Assembly (NCBI GenBank): GCA_963675595.2
Contig: CAXXLZ010000002.1
Coordinates: 4,384,001 to 4,448,000, forward strand
Direction of reading: 5' to 3'
DNA: 64,000 bases
Source of the DNA: Thermodesulfobacteriota bacterium
Lineage (GTDB): Bacteria; Desulfobacterota; Desulfarculia; JACQYL01
Shown: positions 11,091 to 21,992 of the stretch, one piece after another
Layout: each line of letters starts with the position of its first letter
Numbering within the stretch: the first letter of the stretch is position 1
The notes under the pieces: model-generated
The model's input: the letters and a program-made list of their open reading frames with translations, nothing else
The model's database searches: none
Told to the model about the DNA's origin: nothing
Translations under genes and position numbers: made by a program

Positions 11091-12809
11091 ATGGGAAGTT
11101 TCTCCGGAATGTTCAGCAGGTTGTGCCTATTCTTTCTAGTTCTCACTCTAACGTCTTCATTTGGGTGGGCTGAAGATCAGATGCTGGTTTTCGATTCGGA
11201 CGAAATCGACCTTGAAGACGTCTGGGTTTATGAATACTCCTGGCAGAATTGGAACAACGCCAACTTCGGCGAATACGCTTCCTTAAGCATCAGCTCCAAT
11301 GTGGACGGTATTGTAGGAACAAGGGGACGAAGTTATGTCAAGTTCGACATAACAAAGATCGGAGTTTCACCTGATCTACCTCTTTCTGTGGAGGCGATCC
11401 GGAAAGTTGAGTTGGTTCTTTCGGTCGTCCCGCAACAAGGACCCGTTTACGCCGAGGTACACCGCGTACTCACCGCGTGGGAAGAGGGGGATGGAGTTTA
11501 TCACTCGGGAGAAACCGAGCCTTCCGCGCCGGCCGGGGTCGTTTCCTGGAACAACCAACCATCGTGGGACAGTGTGGTCGTCTCGAAGACAGATCTTCCG
11601 TCCTCTGCCAATGAATACTCGATCCAAATGGATGTGACGGAGCTTGTGAAGGCATGGATGCGTGGAACCTACGCGAACTACGGACTGGTTCTGGTGGGCG
11701 AAGATGAAGGTTCGGCAAGCTACAAGTTTATTTTTCGGGCTTCCGAATACAGCGAAGCCGACTTCCGACCCAAGTTGCTTGTAACCTACTCGACCGAAGC
11801 CACGGACCGGATAGCCGATCCACTGACGGGACACGAATACCAGATTTGCGAGACGGCCATGACCTGGCTCGAAGCCAAAGCACATTGCGAGAATCTTGGC
11901 GGTCACCTCGCCACGATGAATACGGCCGAAGAAAACGAGCTTGTTTTCCAGAATCTGGTTCAGCCCGCGAATCATTATTGCTGGCTCGGCGCTTCCAACG
12001 ACAATGCCGAGGGGGTCTGGAAGTGGGTTACGGGAGAGCCTTGGCTTTATGTGAATTGGTCCGGTGGGGAGCCGAACAATTATTGTGGAGATGAACACTA
12101 TCTGCACATTTTCAAGAACCAGTCCGACGCCTGGAACGACCAATCAAACGATGGAAGCTGTGCTTCCTATGGATTAATGTATCCGCTTTGCGAGTGGCCT
12201 CACGGCAGCGGGGATTTGGTTCCGGATAACGGCATCTGGAGGAGCTCGGACGGTTTGATCAGCTTCTATCTGCAGAAATACCAAGCGGGGTCCTGCATTC
12301 TCGTTGTGACGACCGGCGACGGAATCTATACCGCCTTCATGGACTTCGACTACACGGACGGGGTTTCCTGCTCCGACGACCTCATGTTTCAGGGACACAC
12401 TCTCCAGCTGAATCTGAGCCAAACGAACGCGGGGATAATGACGGTCTCATTACCGGGAACCGGCACGATTACGAGAGCGGCTTCACTGTTGTTCCCCGAC
12501 ACTCGAGGCTCCTCCCCGGATCCGAAGAACGGTATCTGGAAGTCGTCGGATGGCGCTGTGAGCTTCTACTTTCAAGTTTATGAGGCGGGATCGTGCATCT
12601 TGGTGGCGACCACGGGAGACGGCAACTACACGGCTTTCCTGGATCCAACATACGCCGACGGCATCCAGACGACCAATGATCTGGACAATGGAGGCTACGC
12701 GGTCGACTTCGCGGCAACGGACGGGGAGCACGGAACCCTTACGATTTCATTACCGGGCTTCGGTTCCAATATCCAATCCGTCGAGCTGCTCTTTCCGGAT
12801 GTGCCGTGA
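11091..12809 (+). CDS. secreted multidomain protein: DNRLRE/CBM96-like domain, C-type lectin domain and two tandem ~100-aa repeats
   Basis: Signal peptide; RSYVKFDI...DVTELVKAW...NYGLVL...RPKLLVTY; CTLD motifs TWLEAKAHC, GGHLAT, WLGA, EPNN, WND; duplicated NGIWxSSDG...LLFPD unit. Confidence 0.8.
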   Translation: MGSFSGMFSRLCLFFLVLTLTSSFGWAEDQMLVFDSDEIDLEDVWVYEYSWQNWNNANFGEYASLSISSNVDGIVGTRGRSYVKFDITKIGVSPDLPLSVEAIRKVELVLSVVPQQGPVYAEVHRVLTAWEEGDGVYHSGETEPSAPAGVVSWNNQPSWDSVVVSKTDLPSSANEYSIQMDVTELVKAWMRGTYANYGLVLVGEDEGSASYKFIFRASEYSEADFRPKLLVTYSTEATDRIADPLTGHEYQICETAMTWLEAKAHCENLGGHLATMNTAEENELVFQNLVQPANHYCWLGASNDNAEGVWKWVTGEPWLYVNWSGGEPNNYCGDEHYLHIFKNQSDAWNDQSNDGSCASYGLMYPLCEWPHGSGDLVPDNGIWRSSDGLISFYLQKYQAGSCILVVTTGDGIYTAFMDFDYTDGVSCSDDLMFQGHTLQLNLSQTNAGIMTVSLPGTGTITRAASLLFPDTRGSSPDPKNGIWKSSDGAVSFYFQVYEAGSCILVATTGDGNYTAFLDPTYADGIQTTNDLDNGGYAVDFAATDGEHGTLTISLPGFGSNIQSVELLFPDVP

Positions 12810-12903
12810 TTCGGCGTCGGTACGGTCCGTTGATCCACAAGGGGATTCAGGGCTGACAGGAAATGAAGGCGGCCGAGACGACCTCTTCGACGAGAGGTCG
12901 TCC

Positions 12904-14364
12904 TCATTCCGCCACACCGCATGCCCGCCCTTTGAAATGAAACAAGAAACCCAGGACCTTCTTCACCGTGTCCGAAAAAATTTTTCTCGAGAAGTAGTTG
13001 CCCGTCACCCGCTTACTGATTTCCGCCAAGGTCGGGTACGGATGCACCGCGCCGGCCAGTGTGGACAACTTGACGCCGCCGTTGAGCGCAGCGACCCATT
13101 CGCCCACCAGTTCCCCGGCGTGCAGGCCGAGAATCTGCACCCCGACCGGGCGTTCGCTTTTGTCCAGGATCAGCTTGATCCGACCGCCTTCCTCGCCTTC
13201 GGCCACATTGCGGTCATTGCCGTCAAAGTCTTCGGTGTAGACTTGGGCCTCGATGCCCTGGGCTCCCGCCGCCTTTTCGTTCATGCCGATGCTTGCCAAT
13301 TCAGGGCTCGTGTAGGTACACCAGGGCAGAAAGGCGTAGTCCGTCTTTCGAGGAAAATGGAACACGGCGTTGCTTACGATAATGCCGCCTTCGTATCCCG
13401 CCGCGTGGGTGAACTCGAACTTGCCCGTGACGTCTCCGCACGCGTAGATGTGGGATTGGGAAGTACGCAGTTTGTCGTCCACCCCGATCCCCTTACCGTC
13501 CAGGGCGACCCCGACGGATTCCAGACCGAGACCTTCGATATTGGGACTCCTCCCCAAGGCCACCAAAAGGGCTTCCCCCACGACGGATTCCTCATTTCCC
13601 TCCGGGGTCTTATACACGACCGCCGGGTGGGAATCCCGCGTCTCCACACGCAAAACGGACGCGTTTAGGTGGAAGCGCACGCCTTCCTCTTGGAGTGCCG
13701 TCATGACCGCGTCGGCCATGTCTTTGTCTTCCTTGCTCAGGATTTGGCCTCCCCGCTGGATCACGCGCACCTGTGTTCCCAACCGGGCGAAAGCCTGGGC
13801 CATTTCCACGGCGATGGGACCCGCTCCGAGGATGAGCATGGAGGCGGGTAGACGGTCCAGGGAGAAAATATCGCGGTTGGTAAGGTAAGGCACGGTGTCC
13901 AACCCTTTGACCGGAGGAACCGCCGGGGAGCTTCCCGTGGCGATGACCCAATCTTTGGCCGAATAGGTTTTTCCTTCCAGGTCCACGGTGTGTTCATCCG
14001 TGAATCTCGGAGCGCCGTGTTCCACCCTGACCCCAAGCCCGCAGAATCGTTCCTCGGAATCATGATGTTGGATGTGGTCGATCACCGATCGGATTCTCGC
14101 GGATACCGCCTGGAAATCCACGGGAGGCAAATCCACCGCCGGGAGTCCGAAACGCTCGGCGTTCCGCATGAGGTGGTACACGCGGGCCGTTTTGATGAGC
14201 GTCTTGCTCGGCACGCATCCGAAATGGAGACAGTCACCGCCCAGTTTTTCGTCCTTTTCCACGAGGAGAACTTTCGCCCCCAACTGGGAAGCTCCGGCCG
14301 CCACGGTTAGCCCCCCGGCTCCCGCGCCGATGATGCCCAAATCGAAATCGTAGGGATGCGCCAT
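12904..14364 (-). CDS. flavoprotein disulfide oxidoreductase (dihydrolipoamide dehydrogenase/mercuric reductase-like family)
   Basis: GAGAGG FAD motif, GGDCLHFGCVPSK redox disulfide, HPYPTLAE; lacks the C-terminal Cys-Cys pair of true MerA. Confidence 0.88.
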   Translation of the reverse strand: MAHPYDFDLGIIGAGAGGLTVAAGASQLGAKVLLVEKDEKLGGDCLHFGCVPSKTLIKTARVYHLMRNAERFGLPAVDLPPVDFQAVSARIRSVIDHIQHHDSEERFCGLGVRVEHGAPRFTDEHTVDLEGKTYSAKDWVIATGSSPAVPPVKGLDTVPYLTNRDIFSLDRLPASMLILGAGPIAVEMAQAFARLGTQVRVIQRGGQILSKEDKDMADAVMTALQEEGVRFHLNASVLRVETRDSHPAVVYKTPEGNEESVVGEALLVALGRSPNIEGLGLESVGVALDGKGIGVDDKLRTSQSHIYACGDVTGKFEFTHAAGYEGGIIVSNAVFHFPRKTDYAFLPWCTYTSPELASIGMNEKAAGAQGIEAQVYTEDFDGNDRNVAEGEEGGRIKLILDKSERPVGVQILGLHAGELVGEWVAALNGGVKLSTLAGAVHPYPTLAEISKRVTGNYFSRKIFSDTVKKVLGFLFHFKGRACGVAE

Positions 14365-14366
14365 GA

Positions 14367-15149
14367 TCAAGCCCCTTTCTTCCGGTTGAAGTCGTTGAGG
14401 GACCAGTCCCATTCAAGGTATCGGATTCGAATTCGGCCGCGCCCGGAGAGGAGCCTGTCTTTGAGCTCTCCCTCGGCGTATTTGAGGATGAAGGGCAGGA
14501 CCCCTTCAGGAAAGTCCTCACCGAACCAGTCGAAAACCTTGTTGACGAACAGATCGTTTCCCTCGATTCGCGTGCGGGCCGGGTCGTTGATGGTCTTGCG
14601 GCATTGATCGTCCAACTGAGCGTTTAGCACTTCTCCTCGATAAGGCTCCGCCCGCAGCGGGGGACAGCCCATGGATGCGCAATTCACCGCAAAGTGGATC
14701 CTGGAGTCCCTGAATTTCGGCCTGATGATGTCATGTTCGATTTGATCCAGGGTTAGGGTCCGTCCGTTGATTCGAGCAATTTCTTGGTCCCAGGGTCCGG
14801 AAAACCAGCCGCCGATGTCTTTGATGGATTTCAGGTTCGGATATCGGGTCAGAACCAGTTGGATGGTCCAGGCATTGTAGGCGTTGATGTAGAAAGCGAG
14901 TTGAGCGTTTCGCTCCAAAGCGTCGGGATTCACCTCGGCCAGAACGTCGAGATATCGGTCCAGGAGTTGCCGATCTTCCTGTACGCCTCGGTAGTCCACC
15001 AGACCTTGGTGCACATGCCGTTGGAGCAGTCGGGCATAAAGCGTGGAATCCGGTGGGGAGGCCTGGGCGCGGCAAATCATGGGTGAAAGGAGCACAATCA
15101 GGAAGAGACAGACCTGGAGCCGGGTGGGGCTGGCTTTTGCGCGGGTCAT
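14367..15149 (-). CDS. DUF547 domain exported protein
   Basis: LAFYINAYNAWTI, TLDQIEH, RIHFAVNCASMGCPPL, YLEWDWSLND; signal peptide; GGAGGT RBS. Confidence 0.9.
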   Translation of the reverse strand: MTRAKASPTRLQVCLFLIVLLSPMICRAQASPPDSTLYARLLQRHVHQGLVDYRGVQEDRQLLDRYLDVLAEVNPDALERNAQLAFYINAYNAWTIQLVLTRYPNLKSIKDIGGWFSGPWDQEIARINGRTLTLDQIEHDIIRPKFRDSRIHFAVNCASMGCPPLRAEPYRGEVLNAQLDDQCRKTINDPARTRIEGNDLFVNKVFDWFGEDFPEGVLPFILKYAEGELKDRLLSGRGRIRIRYLEWDWSLNDFNRKKGA

Positions 15150-15498
15150 GGGCGAACCTCCGAACGGGTGTCGGCCTTTGAGGTCGGTTTGAGGAGGGGC
15201 GCGGACCGGTCCGCCCGGTGAGGGAGGCGTCCACGAAGCTGTAACGAAGTGCTGTACGGTCAGCATATCACAATCGGAGCCCGTACTTCCTCCACTTGTG
15301 AAGAGCAAGCCGGGAGCCGGGTTTTGCATGAGTCGAGTGTGGGGAGGACCCGGGGCGTCGGTTTCGAACGATTCGATCTCTTAATGGGGGTCACGGAGGA
15401 TGGGCGCGGCCTATGGGGAAAGAGCGCCCCCCGCCGTACCGTGCCGGCGAGGGGCCGAAAGGAACGGCTCACATCGGATGGAGCGGTTCCTTGGGGAT

Positions 15499-17385
15499 TC
15501 AGAAGTCTTCCAGATTATCATCCAGCGGAATCACCCGCTCAGGGGACACTTCCCGCGGCGAACCGCCCCTTCGGGCCATCTTCGACCCGGCGATCGGTCT
15601 GCGCTGGCTGGATTTCGATTTTTTCATGGGGCGGCTTCTTTTCAGGGGTCGCATGGAGTCCGATTCGGACTCGCTCCCGGCGACCAGAGCCACCAAGTCC
15701 CTCACCAGAGTCTTGGAATGTTCGGCCTGGGCGCGCATGGTGTCGGCCGCCGCCGCGGATTCTTCCGAGTTGGCCGCATTGGTTTGCACGACCCGGTCCA
15801 AATCATTCACCGCGCGGGCGATTTGATCGATTCCTTGAGCTTGCTCCCCGGATGCCGCGGCAATCTCACGAACCAGTTCTCCGGCCTTGGCCGTACTCTT
15901 GGAGACTTCGGAAAAGGCCTCGCTCGATCGGGTGACGAGTGCCGAGCCTTCACCGATCTTCTTCACCGTGGTTTCAATCAGGCTCGATGTATTGCCGGCC
16001 GCTTCCGCGGCTCTCACGGCCAGATTGCGCACTTCATCGGCCACCACGGCGAATCCCGCACCCGCCTCTCCGGCGCGGGCGGCCTCGACCGCGGCGTTGA
16101 GAGCCAACAGGTTGGTTTGAAAGGCGATTTCATCGATGGTCTTGATGATCTTGGAGGTTTCGTTGCTCGCCCGGGTAATCTCCTCCATGGATCGGGTAAG
16201 GTCTCCCATGGCCGAACCGGCTTGAGAAACCACACGACCGGTTTCCGTCATAAGTTGATTGGCCTGGTCCGCGTTGGAGGAATTCTGTTTGGTCATGGAT
16301 GACATCTCTTCCAGAGAAGAAGAGGTCTCTTCCAAGGAAGCAGCCTGTTCCGACGTGCTTTCCGCCAAGGATTGACTCGCCGAAGCGATCTCCCGAGAAG
16401 CATTGCCGACGCTGTCGGATGATTCCGTCAGCCCCGACGTTATGCCGTGGATCTTTCTGGTGATGGTCCCCGCGACCAGGAAGATCACCACGACCACCAA
16501 GGCCACGGCCGCGGCTCCCACAAGCAGGTTGGTCCAGCCGATACGTCGAACCGGGGCCAGAAGTTCCTTTTGGCCGGCGCCGGCGAGCACCAGCCAGCCC
16601 ACTTGCGGTACCTTTTGGTACGCTCCCAATTTCTCCATGTCGTCGGCGGTATAAGACAAGGTACCGGATTGTTGGTCGAGGCGCGACGGTTCGATCCCGT
16701 AATCCCTCAAATTGACCTCAAGAATCTGTGAACGGTCCGGATGGGCGATAATGGCGCCCTTTGGGTCCGCCACCACCGCATAACCCGTTTCCCCCACCTC
16801 GATGGAATCTATGAAGGACTTGGTGAAAAACTCAACGTCCACGACTCCGAACAATACGCCCACCGCTTTGTTGTCCTTGGAAACCGGTGCGGACACCACG
16901 AAAACCGGACGCCCGGTGGCTTTGCTCTTCACCACTCCCGATATGAACACTTTTCCGGCCATGGACTGCTTGAAATATTCGCGATCCCCGACCTTGACCT
17001 TGCCGGCGATTTCCGGAGGCGCCGAGGCGAGAATTTCTCCTCGGGGATCGGCGACATTGATGGCTTCGAAATACCCATAGTCTTCCTTGATCCGTTTGAA
17101 TTCGTCTTCGGCCGATTTGCGGGCGGCGAGACCGGGCGCCGAATCTTCCAGGGAATTCCGGAACCATTCGATCCGAGACCAGGATACAATGTTCAAGCGG
17201 ATATCAGTGACCCACAATTCGATGTTGCGGCTCGTGGAACGGCTGAGCTGTACCAATCCGGTTTCGACGGATTGAAACAGGGCCTTCCGAACGTTGTAAT
17301 AAGAAACAACGGTCAGGATGCCGAACCCGATCAAAATCAGGAGCACCGTGGGCACCAGGAAACGGTATTTGAGGCTCAACTTCAT
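15499..17385 (-). CDS. methyl-accepting chemotaxis protein with dCache sensor domain
   Basis: 2 TM, DREYFKQ Cache motif, [38 protein letters not shown]-terminal pentapeptide-like NLEDF. Confidence 0.95.
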   Translation of the reverse strand: MKLSLKYRFLVPTVLLILIGFGILTVVSYYNVRKALFQSVETGLVQLSRSTSRNIELWVTDIRLNIVSWSRIEWFRNSLEDSAPGLAARKSAEDEFKRIKEDYGYFEAINVADPRGEILASAPPEIAGKVKVGDREYFKQSMAGKVFISGVVKSKATGRPVFVVSAPVSKDNKAVGVLFGVVDVEFFTKSFIDSIEVGETGYAVVADPKGAIIAHPDRSQILEVNLRDYGIEPSRLDQQSGTLSYTADDMEKLGAYQKVPQVGWLVLAGAGQKELLAPVRRIGWTNLLVGAAAVALVVVVIFLVAGTITRKIHGITSGLTESSDSVGNASREIASASQSLAESTSEQAASLEETSSSLEEMSSMTKQNSSNADQANQLMTETGRVVSQAGSAMGDLTRSMEEITRASNETSKIIKTIDEIAFQTNLLALNAAVEAARAGEAGAGFAVVADEVRNLAVRAAEAAGNTSSLIETTVKKIGEGSALVTRSSEAFSEVSKSTAKAGELVREIAAASGEQAQGIDQIARAVNDLDRVVQTNAANSEESAAAADTMRAQAEHSKTLVRDLVALVAGSESESDSMRPLKRSRPMKKSKSSQRRPIAGSKMARRGGSPREVSPERVIPLDDNLEDF

Positions 17386-17685
17386 GAGGTCATTCCTTTC
17401 TTGAACGACCGGAGTCGGAAAATCAGACAGACGGTTCCGAGGTTGAAGTCAACGTGCTGGTTTCGGACGCGGATTTTGGAACAAGCTCAACGCAGCGGGA
17501 GTACGGGACAAGAAATCCGCACGGGCTTGGACGAAGTTTTCGGCTTATTCCGGGTTCAAACCGCGAATTTCCAGCCGGAACGATTTTTTTTTGGGCATGG
17601 AGTTCTTTTGAGTATCCTAAATGATAAGGATACAAAAAAATGTGTACGTCAAGGCTATTATACAGATTAACAATAACAGAAACAG

Positions 17686-17702
17686 AGCAAAAAATGTGCC
17701 CG
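17686..17702 (-). promoter_or_regulatory. candidate sigma-54 (-24/-12) promoter for the MCP gene
   Basis: Minus strand CGGGCACATTTTTTGCT = GG-N10-GC with GGCAC and TTGCT. Confidence 0.55.
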
Positions 17703-17953
17703 AGATGCGATGAATGGTGAGTCCGATAAACTGATGTGTTTTAAGGCTGTTAGCTGGGCGATCGTATATGGTGACCAAGAGAATGAAAGGCGGATTGTCT
17801 TATTTATTGGAAAGTGTCCGGAAAACAAGACGTGTCTGGAGAAGCCTACCCCTCGGCATTCAGGATTTCATCGATCAACGGTGGTGAGGCGATGCGGGTG
17901 AGGGAGCTGAGAGACGGGAGGCGGCGAAATCCGCAAGGGTGGGATGCGCGCCG

Positions 17954-18790
17954 TTACCCCTGCTCGGAATGACCGCCCGAGGAGCGCCCAAGGCTGCGCT
18001 CCCGCAGTTTGGCGTACTTGCAGAACGTGTAATGAGAGTAAAGGCAGGCCAGAAGAAATCCGTAATAGCCGTCCAGGAAGCCGGCCTTCATGAAGTACAT
18101 CTGGACGAAGGTAAAAAAGGCGTGGCCCAGCATGCCGGCCGGGCCGATTTTCTTTCCCGCTCGAAAGTATTCCTCGGCGCTGAGGGTTGAGTAATGGTCC
18201 GAACGCGTCAGGAAATCCGAGATGTTCGTATAGGTGAAATGCAGCAGAGGATGAGTGAGGCGACCCACAGGACCGTCCACTACCGCCTTCTCATGAACGG
18301 CCCGCTCTTCGAACCGGGCTCTGTCCCTGAGAAAGAGCCTTAGGACGCGGTCGGGGCTCCATCCTCCGTGCCGTATCCAACGACCGGCGAAGTGGTTTCT
18401 GCGCGGTACGGAATAGCCCGCTTCGTGATTGCGAGAGGTCAGGACCCGGTCGATTTCCGTGACGAGTTCGGGTGAAACCCGCTCGTCGGCGTCCAGGGAG
18501 AGGACCCAAGGTCGTTCCGCCTTGTCCAGGGCGCTGTTTTTCTGGGCTGCGTAGCCTTTCCAGGGTTCTTGAAATACCCGGGCGCCTCGTCGTCGGCAAA
18601 CCTCCACGCTGCCATCCGTGCTGAAGCTGTCCACCACCACTACCTGGCCGGCCCATTTGACGGAATCCAGGCATTCGGGCAGGTTATGCTCCTCGTTGTG
18701 GGTGATGATCGCGACGGTCAGATCAGTCCATGAGGCCGGCTGCAAAGGTCGCCTCCGATTCGACGGCTTCCGTCCATTCAGGGGAATCAT
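17954..18790 (-). CDS. glycosyltransferase family 2 (LPS core beta-1,4-glucosyltransferase-like)
   Basis: IITHNEE, VVDSFSTDGS, WVLSLDADE, GFLDG; start codon uncertain. Confidence 0.9.
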   Translation of the reverse strand: MIPLNGRKPSNRRRPLQPASWTDLTVAIITHNEEHNLPECLDSVKWAGQVVVVDSFSTDGSVEVCRRRGARVFQEPWKGYAAQKNSALDKAERPWVLSLDADERVSPELVTEIDRVLTSRNHEAGYSVPRRNHFAGRWIRHGGWSPDRVLRLFLRDRARFEERAVHEKAVVDGPVGRLTHPLLHFTYTNISDFLTRSDHYSTLSAEEYFRAGKKIGPAGMLGHAFFTFVQMYFMKAGFLDGYYGFLLACLYSHYTFCKYAKLRERSLGRSSGGHSEQG

Positions 18791-18838
18791 TGTGACGGCG
18801 TGGGAGGCGGGCGCTCCCTGGTAACGAACCGTGTTTCT

Positions 18839-20020
18839 TCAAGGGCGCTCCTTGAGTCTCACCGGAATCGTGGTTCGATTCCCGTCCCGAACCACCTCGA
18901 CCTGGGCGATTTCATCGACCTTCATTTTCCCGACGATCCGGCTCATCTGATCCATGCCCGTGACGGGTGCGTCGTTGATGGAAATGATCACGTCGCCCCC
19001 GATGGGGAAACGGAAGTTGCTGATAACGACTTCTCGGTCGCCGCCTCGGATGCCGGCCTGTGCCGCGGGACCCTCCGGCACCGTTTCCACCACCAATACA
19101 CCCTGATCCACCGCGAGTTTCAAAGCCTTGGAAAGCTCCTTGGACAGAGTGATTCCCGAGATACCCAGCCATGGCCTGGCCACATAGCCGCGGGAAATAA
19201 GCTGCGTCGCCACGTCCCGGGCATGGTTGACGGGGATGGCGAATCCGATGCCCTGGTATCCTCCGGTGAGGCTGAATATGGCCGTGTTGATGCCGATGAC
19301 CTCGCCGCTTGAATTCAACAAGGGGCCGCCGGAGTTTCCGGGGTTGATGGCCGCGTCGGTCTGGATCAACCCTTCCATGATTACGTCGTGGCGCGTGCGA
19401 ATTTCCCGATTCAGAGCACTGACGATCCCCGTGGTCATGGTGTGAGAGAGGCCGAATGGATTGCCGATGGCGATGGCCTTTTGTCCTACCTGCAATGGAT
19501 CCGAATCCCCCAAGACCGCAACGGACTCAACGTAACTCTCGGGGATTCGGATCACCGCCAGGTCGAACTTGGGGTCCCTTCCGACCAGTTGCGCCTCCAC
19601 CTGTCGGCCCGTGCCCGTGGTGACCGTGAGACGTTGGGCCTTTTCCACCACGTGGTTGTTGGTCAGGATATAGCCCGCTGGATCGATGATGAAGCCGGAA
19701 CCCTGCCCCTGTTGAGGGATGATTTCCCTCCAGAAGTTCATGCTCAAAGTCGTGGCCACGATGTTCACCACGGACAGATGCGCTTTGGAAAAAACTTCCT
19801 GGTTGATCTTCTCGTCGGTCGAGATAATGACGGGACGATCTTCCGACACGGAAGCGGGCTGGTTGAAGGAGAGCTCCGAGGGCTTCGGACGATTCTCGAA
19901 GAAGCCTTGGCGTGAAGCCCATTGCAGCAGCGGCGGCAGAGCGACGGCCAACAAGATGATCCAGAGAAGAACCTTGATCCAGGTTCTTCCGGAATTTCCG
20001 AACCTTCGAGGAGCGTTCAT
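18839..20020 (-). CDS. HtrA/Do family trypsin-like serine protease with one PDZ domain
   Basis: TNNHVV, DLAVI, IQTDAAINPGNSGGPL; N-terminal TM. Confidence 0.93.
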   Translation of the reverse strand: MNAPRRFGNSGRTWIKVLLWIILLAVALPPLLQWASRQGFFENRPKPSELSFNQPASVSEDRPVIISTDEKINQEVFSKAHLSVVNIVATTLSMNFWREIIPQQGQGSGFIIDPAGYILTNNHVVEKAQRLTVTTGTGRQVEAQLVGRDPKFDLAVIRIPESYVESVAVLGDSDPLQVGQKAIAIGNPFGLSHTMTTGIVSALNREIRTRHDVIMEGLIQTDAAINPGNSGGPLLNSSGEVIGINTAIFSLTGGYQGIGFAIPVNHARDVATQLISRGYVARPWLGISGITLSKELSKALKLAVDQGVLVVETVPEGPAAQAGIRGGDREVVISNFRFPIGGDVIISINDAPVTGMDQMSRIVGKMKVDEIAQVEVVRDGNRTTIPVRLKERP

Positions 20021-20025
20021 GGGTT

Positions 20026-21867
20026 CTATTCCCGTCCTTCGTCTTTTGCGGTTTCAGGTAGTTGCAGGCCTCGTTCCTTCAATATCTCTTGGAGTTCCGC
20101 TCCGGTGATCACCTCTTTCTTCAAGAGGACCGTAGCCGCCTCCTCGAGGGCGGCGCTCTTCTCTTTCACGATGTCCGCCGCGAGTTGATAGCGCGATTCG
20201 ATCAGGTTCCTCACCTCGTCATCGATGAGCCTGGCCGTGTCTTCGCTGTATTCCTTAGGCATGGGAGCGAGTTGGGATTCCATGAAACGTCCCTGCCGTT
20301 CCTTGTCGTAATAGACATGGCCCAGGCTTGAGCTCATTCCGTACTGCTTGATCATGCTTCGGGCGATGTCGGTGGCCTTGGCCAGATCATTGTGGGCACC
20401 GGTGGAAATATCGCCGAGCATTAACGCTTCCGCGGCTCGTCCCCCCAAGAGGACCGCAATCTTATTCTCCAGTTCGGTGCGGGTCATGAGAAAGCGGTCT
20501 TCCGTGGGAACCTGCAGGGTGTACCCCAAAGCGGCGATTCCCCGAGGAATGATGGATATCTTCTGTACCGGGTCCGTTCCCGGCAAGGACAGGGCCACCA
20601 GAGCGTGTCCAACCTCGTGGAAGGCCACGATTCTGCGTTCCGTGACATTGATGACTCGGCTCTTTTTTTCCAGCCCCGCGACGATACGTTCCACCGCCTC
20701 CTCGAATTCGGACATACCCACGAACTCCTTCCCGCGTCGGACGGCGAGTAGGGCCGCTTCGTTGACCAGGTTCGCCAGGTCGGCCCCCACGAGACCCGGA
20801 GTCATATTGGCCAGAAGTTCCGTGTCCACGTCTGAACCGGTTTTTACATTTCGCATGTGGATCTTGAGTATGGCTTGGCGTCCCTCCTTGTCCGGTCGGT
20901 CCACCAAGACATGGCGGTCGAATCTTCCCGGTCGGAGCAGGGCCGGGTCCAGAATCTCGGGACGGTTGGTGGCCGCCATCAGAATCACGCCCACGGTGGG
21001 ATCAAAACCATCCATTTCCACCAGAAGCTGGTTGAGTGTCTGTTCACGCTCATCGTGCCCGCCGAAGCCGGTGAATCCCCGAGCCTTACCCAAGGCGTCC
21101 AGTTCATCGACGAAAATAATGCAGGGGGCTTTTCCCTTGGCTTGAGTGAACAGGTCCCTAACCCGGGCGGCGCCCAATCCCACGAACATTTCTACGAATT
21201 CGGAACCGCTCATGCTGAAGAACGGCACGTGGCTTTCGCCGGCCACCGCCTTGGCCAGGAGCGTTTTTCCGGTACCGGGCGGGCCCACCAGAAGCACGCC
21301 CCTGGGCATCTTCCCTCCCAGGGAAGTGTATTTGTCCGGTTTTCTCAAGAATTCGACAATCTCGGACAATTCTTCCTTGGCTTCGTCCACGCCGGCCACG
21401 TCGGTGAATCTGAGGTCCAGTTCCTCCTCCATGTAGATTTTGGCCTTGCTTTTGCCCAGGGTCATGAAACCGCCTTGCTGGCCCCCGATCCTACGGATCA
21501 TGAAGTACCAGATCCCCACGAACAGGAATACGGGCACCAACCAGGATGCCAGATCCCGAAAGAAGGTGTTTTCCAGCTCTCCCTTGAAGGTGACATTGTA
21601 TTTTTCCAATTGCTTGGAAAACCCCGGGTCGACACGGATGGTGCGGAACACGCTGACGCGACCGTTCTCTTTGATTTTGCCCTCGATGATATTCTGGGAA
21701 ATGGCGATTTCCTTGACCTTGCCCTGGTCCAACAGGCTGAGGAACTCACTGTACGGCACCCGCCGAACCTCAAGCGCGGATACGAGAATGTTCTGGACGA
21801 GCAGCACCACCCAGATTCCGATGAGCACATACCAGATCGAAAATTTGGTTTTCTTCTCCACGGACAT
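20026..21867 (-). CDS. ftsH: ATP-dependent zinc metalloprotease FtsH
   Basis: [34 protein letters not shown]. Confidence 0.96.
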   Translation of the reverse strand: MSVEKKTKFSIWYVLIGIWVVLLVQNILVSALEVRRVPYSEFLSLLDQGKVKEIAISQNIIEGKIKENGRVSVFRTIRVDPGFSKQLEKYNVTFKGELENTFFRDLASWLVPVFLFVGIWYFMIRRIGGQQGGFMTLGKSKAKIYMEEELDLRFTDVAGVDEAKEELSEIVEFLRKPDKYTSLGGKMPRGVLLVGPPGTGKTLLAKAVAGESHVPFFSMSGSEFVEMFVGLGAARVRDLFTQAKGKAPCIIFVDELDALGKARGFTGFGGHDEREQTLNQLLVEMDGFDPTVGVILMAATNRPEILDPALLRPGRFDRHVLVDRPDKEGRQAILKIHMRNVKTGSDVDTELLANMTPGLVGADLANLVNEAALLAVRRGKEFVGMSEFEEAVERIVAGLEKKSRVINVTERRIVAFHEVGHALVALSLPGTDPVQKISIIPRGIAALGYTLQVPTEDRFLMTRTELENKIAVLLGGRAAEALMLGDISTGAHNDLAKATDIARSMIKQYGMSSSLGHVYYDKERQGRFMESQLAPMPKEYSEDTARLIDDEVRNLIESRYQLAADIVKEKSAALEEAATVLLKKEVITGAELQEILKERGLQLPETAKDEGRE

Positions 21868-21992
21868 AAGGACCCCCGAAACGAAAAGGTGGGATGCTTC
21901 CGGTTGCGCGGCGCATGGAGGCCACGGATCGCCGGCCGAACTTCACGGGGAGGACTCGAATCGAAACTCGCCGCCCGCCAAGTTCCCTTGGC

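Noticed and set aside
12904-14364. merA mercury-resistance call
   Set aside because: No NmerA domain, no C-terminal Cys-Cys, no merR/T/P neighbours
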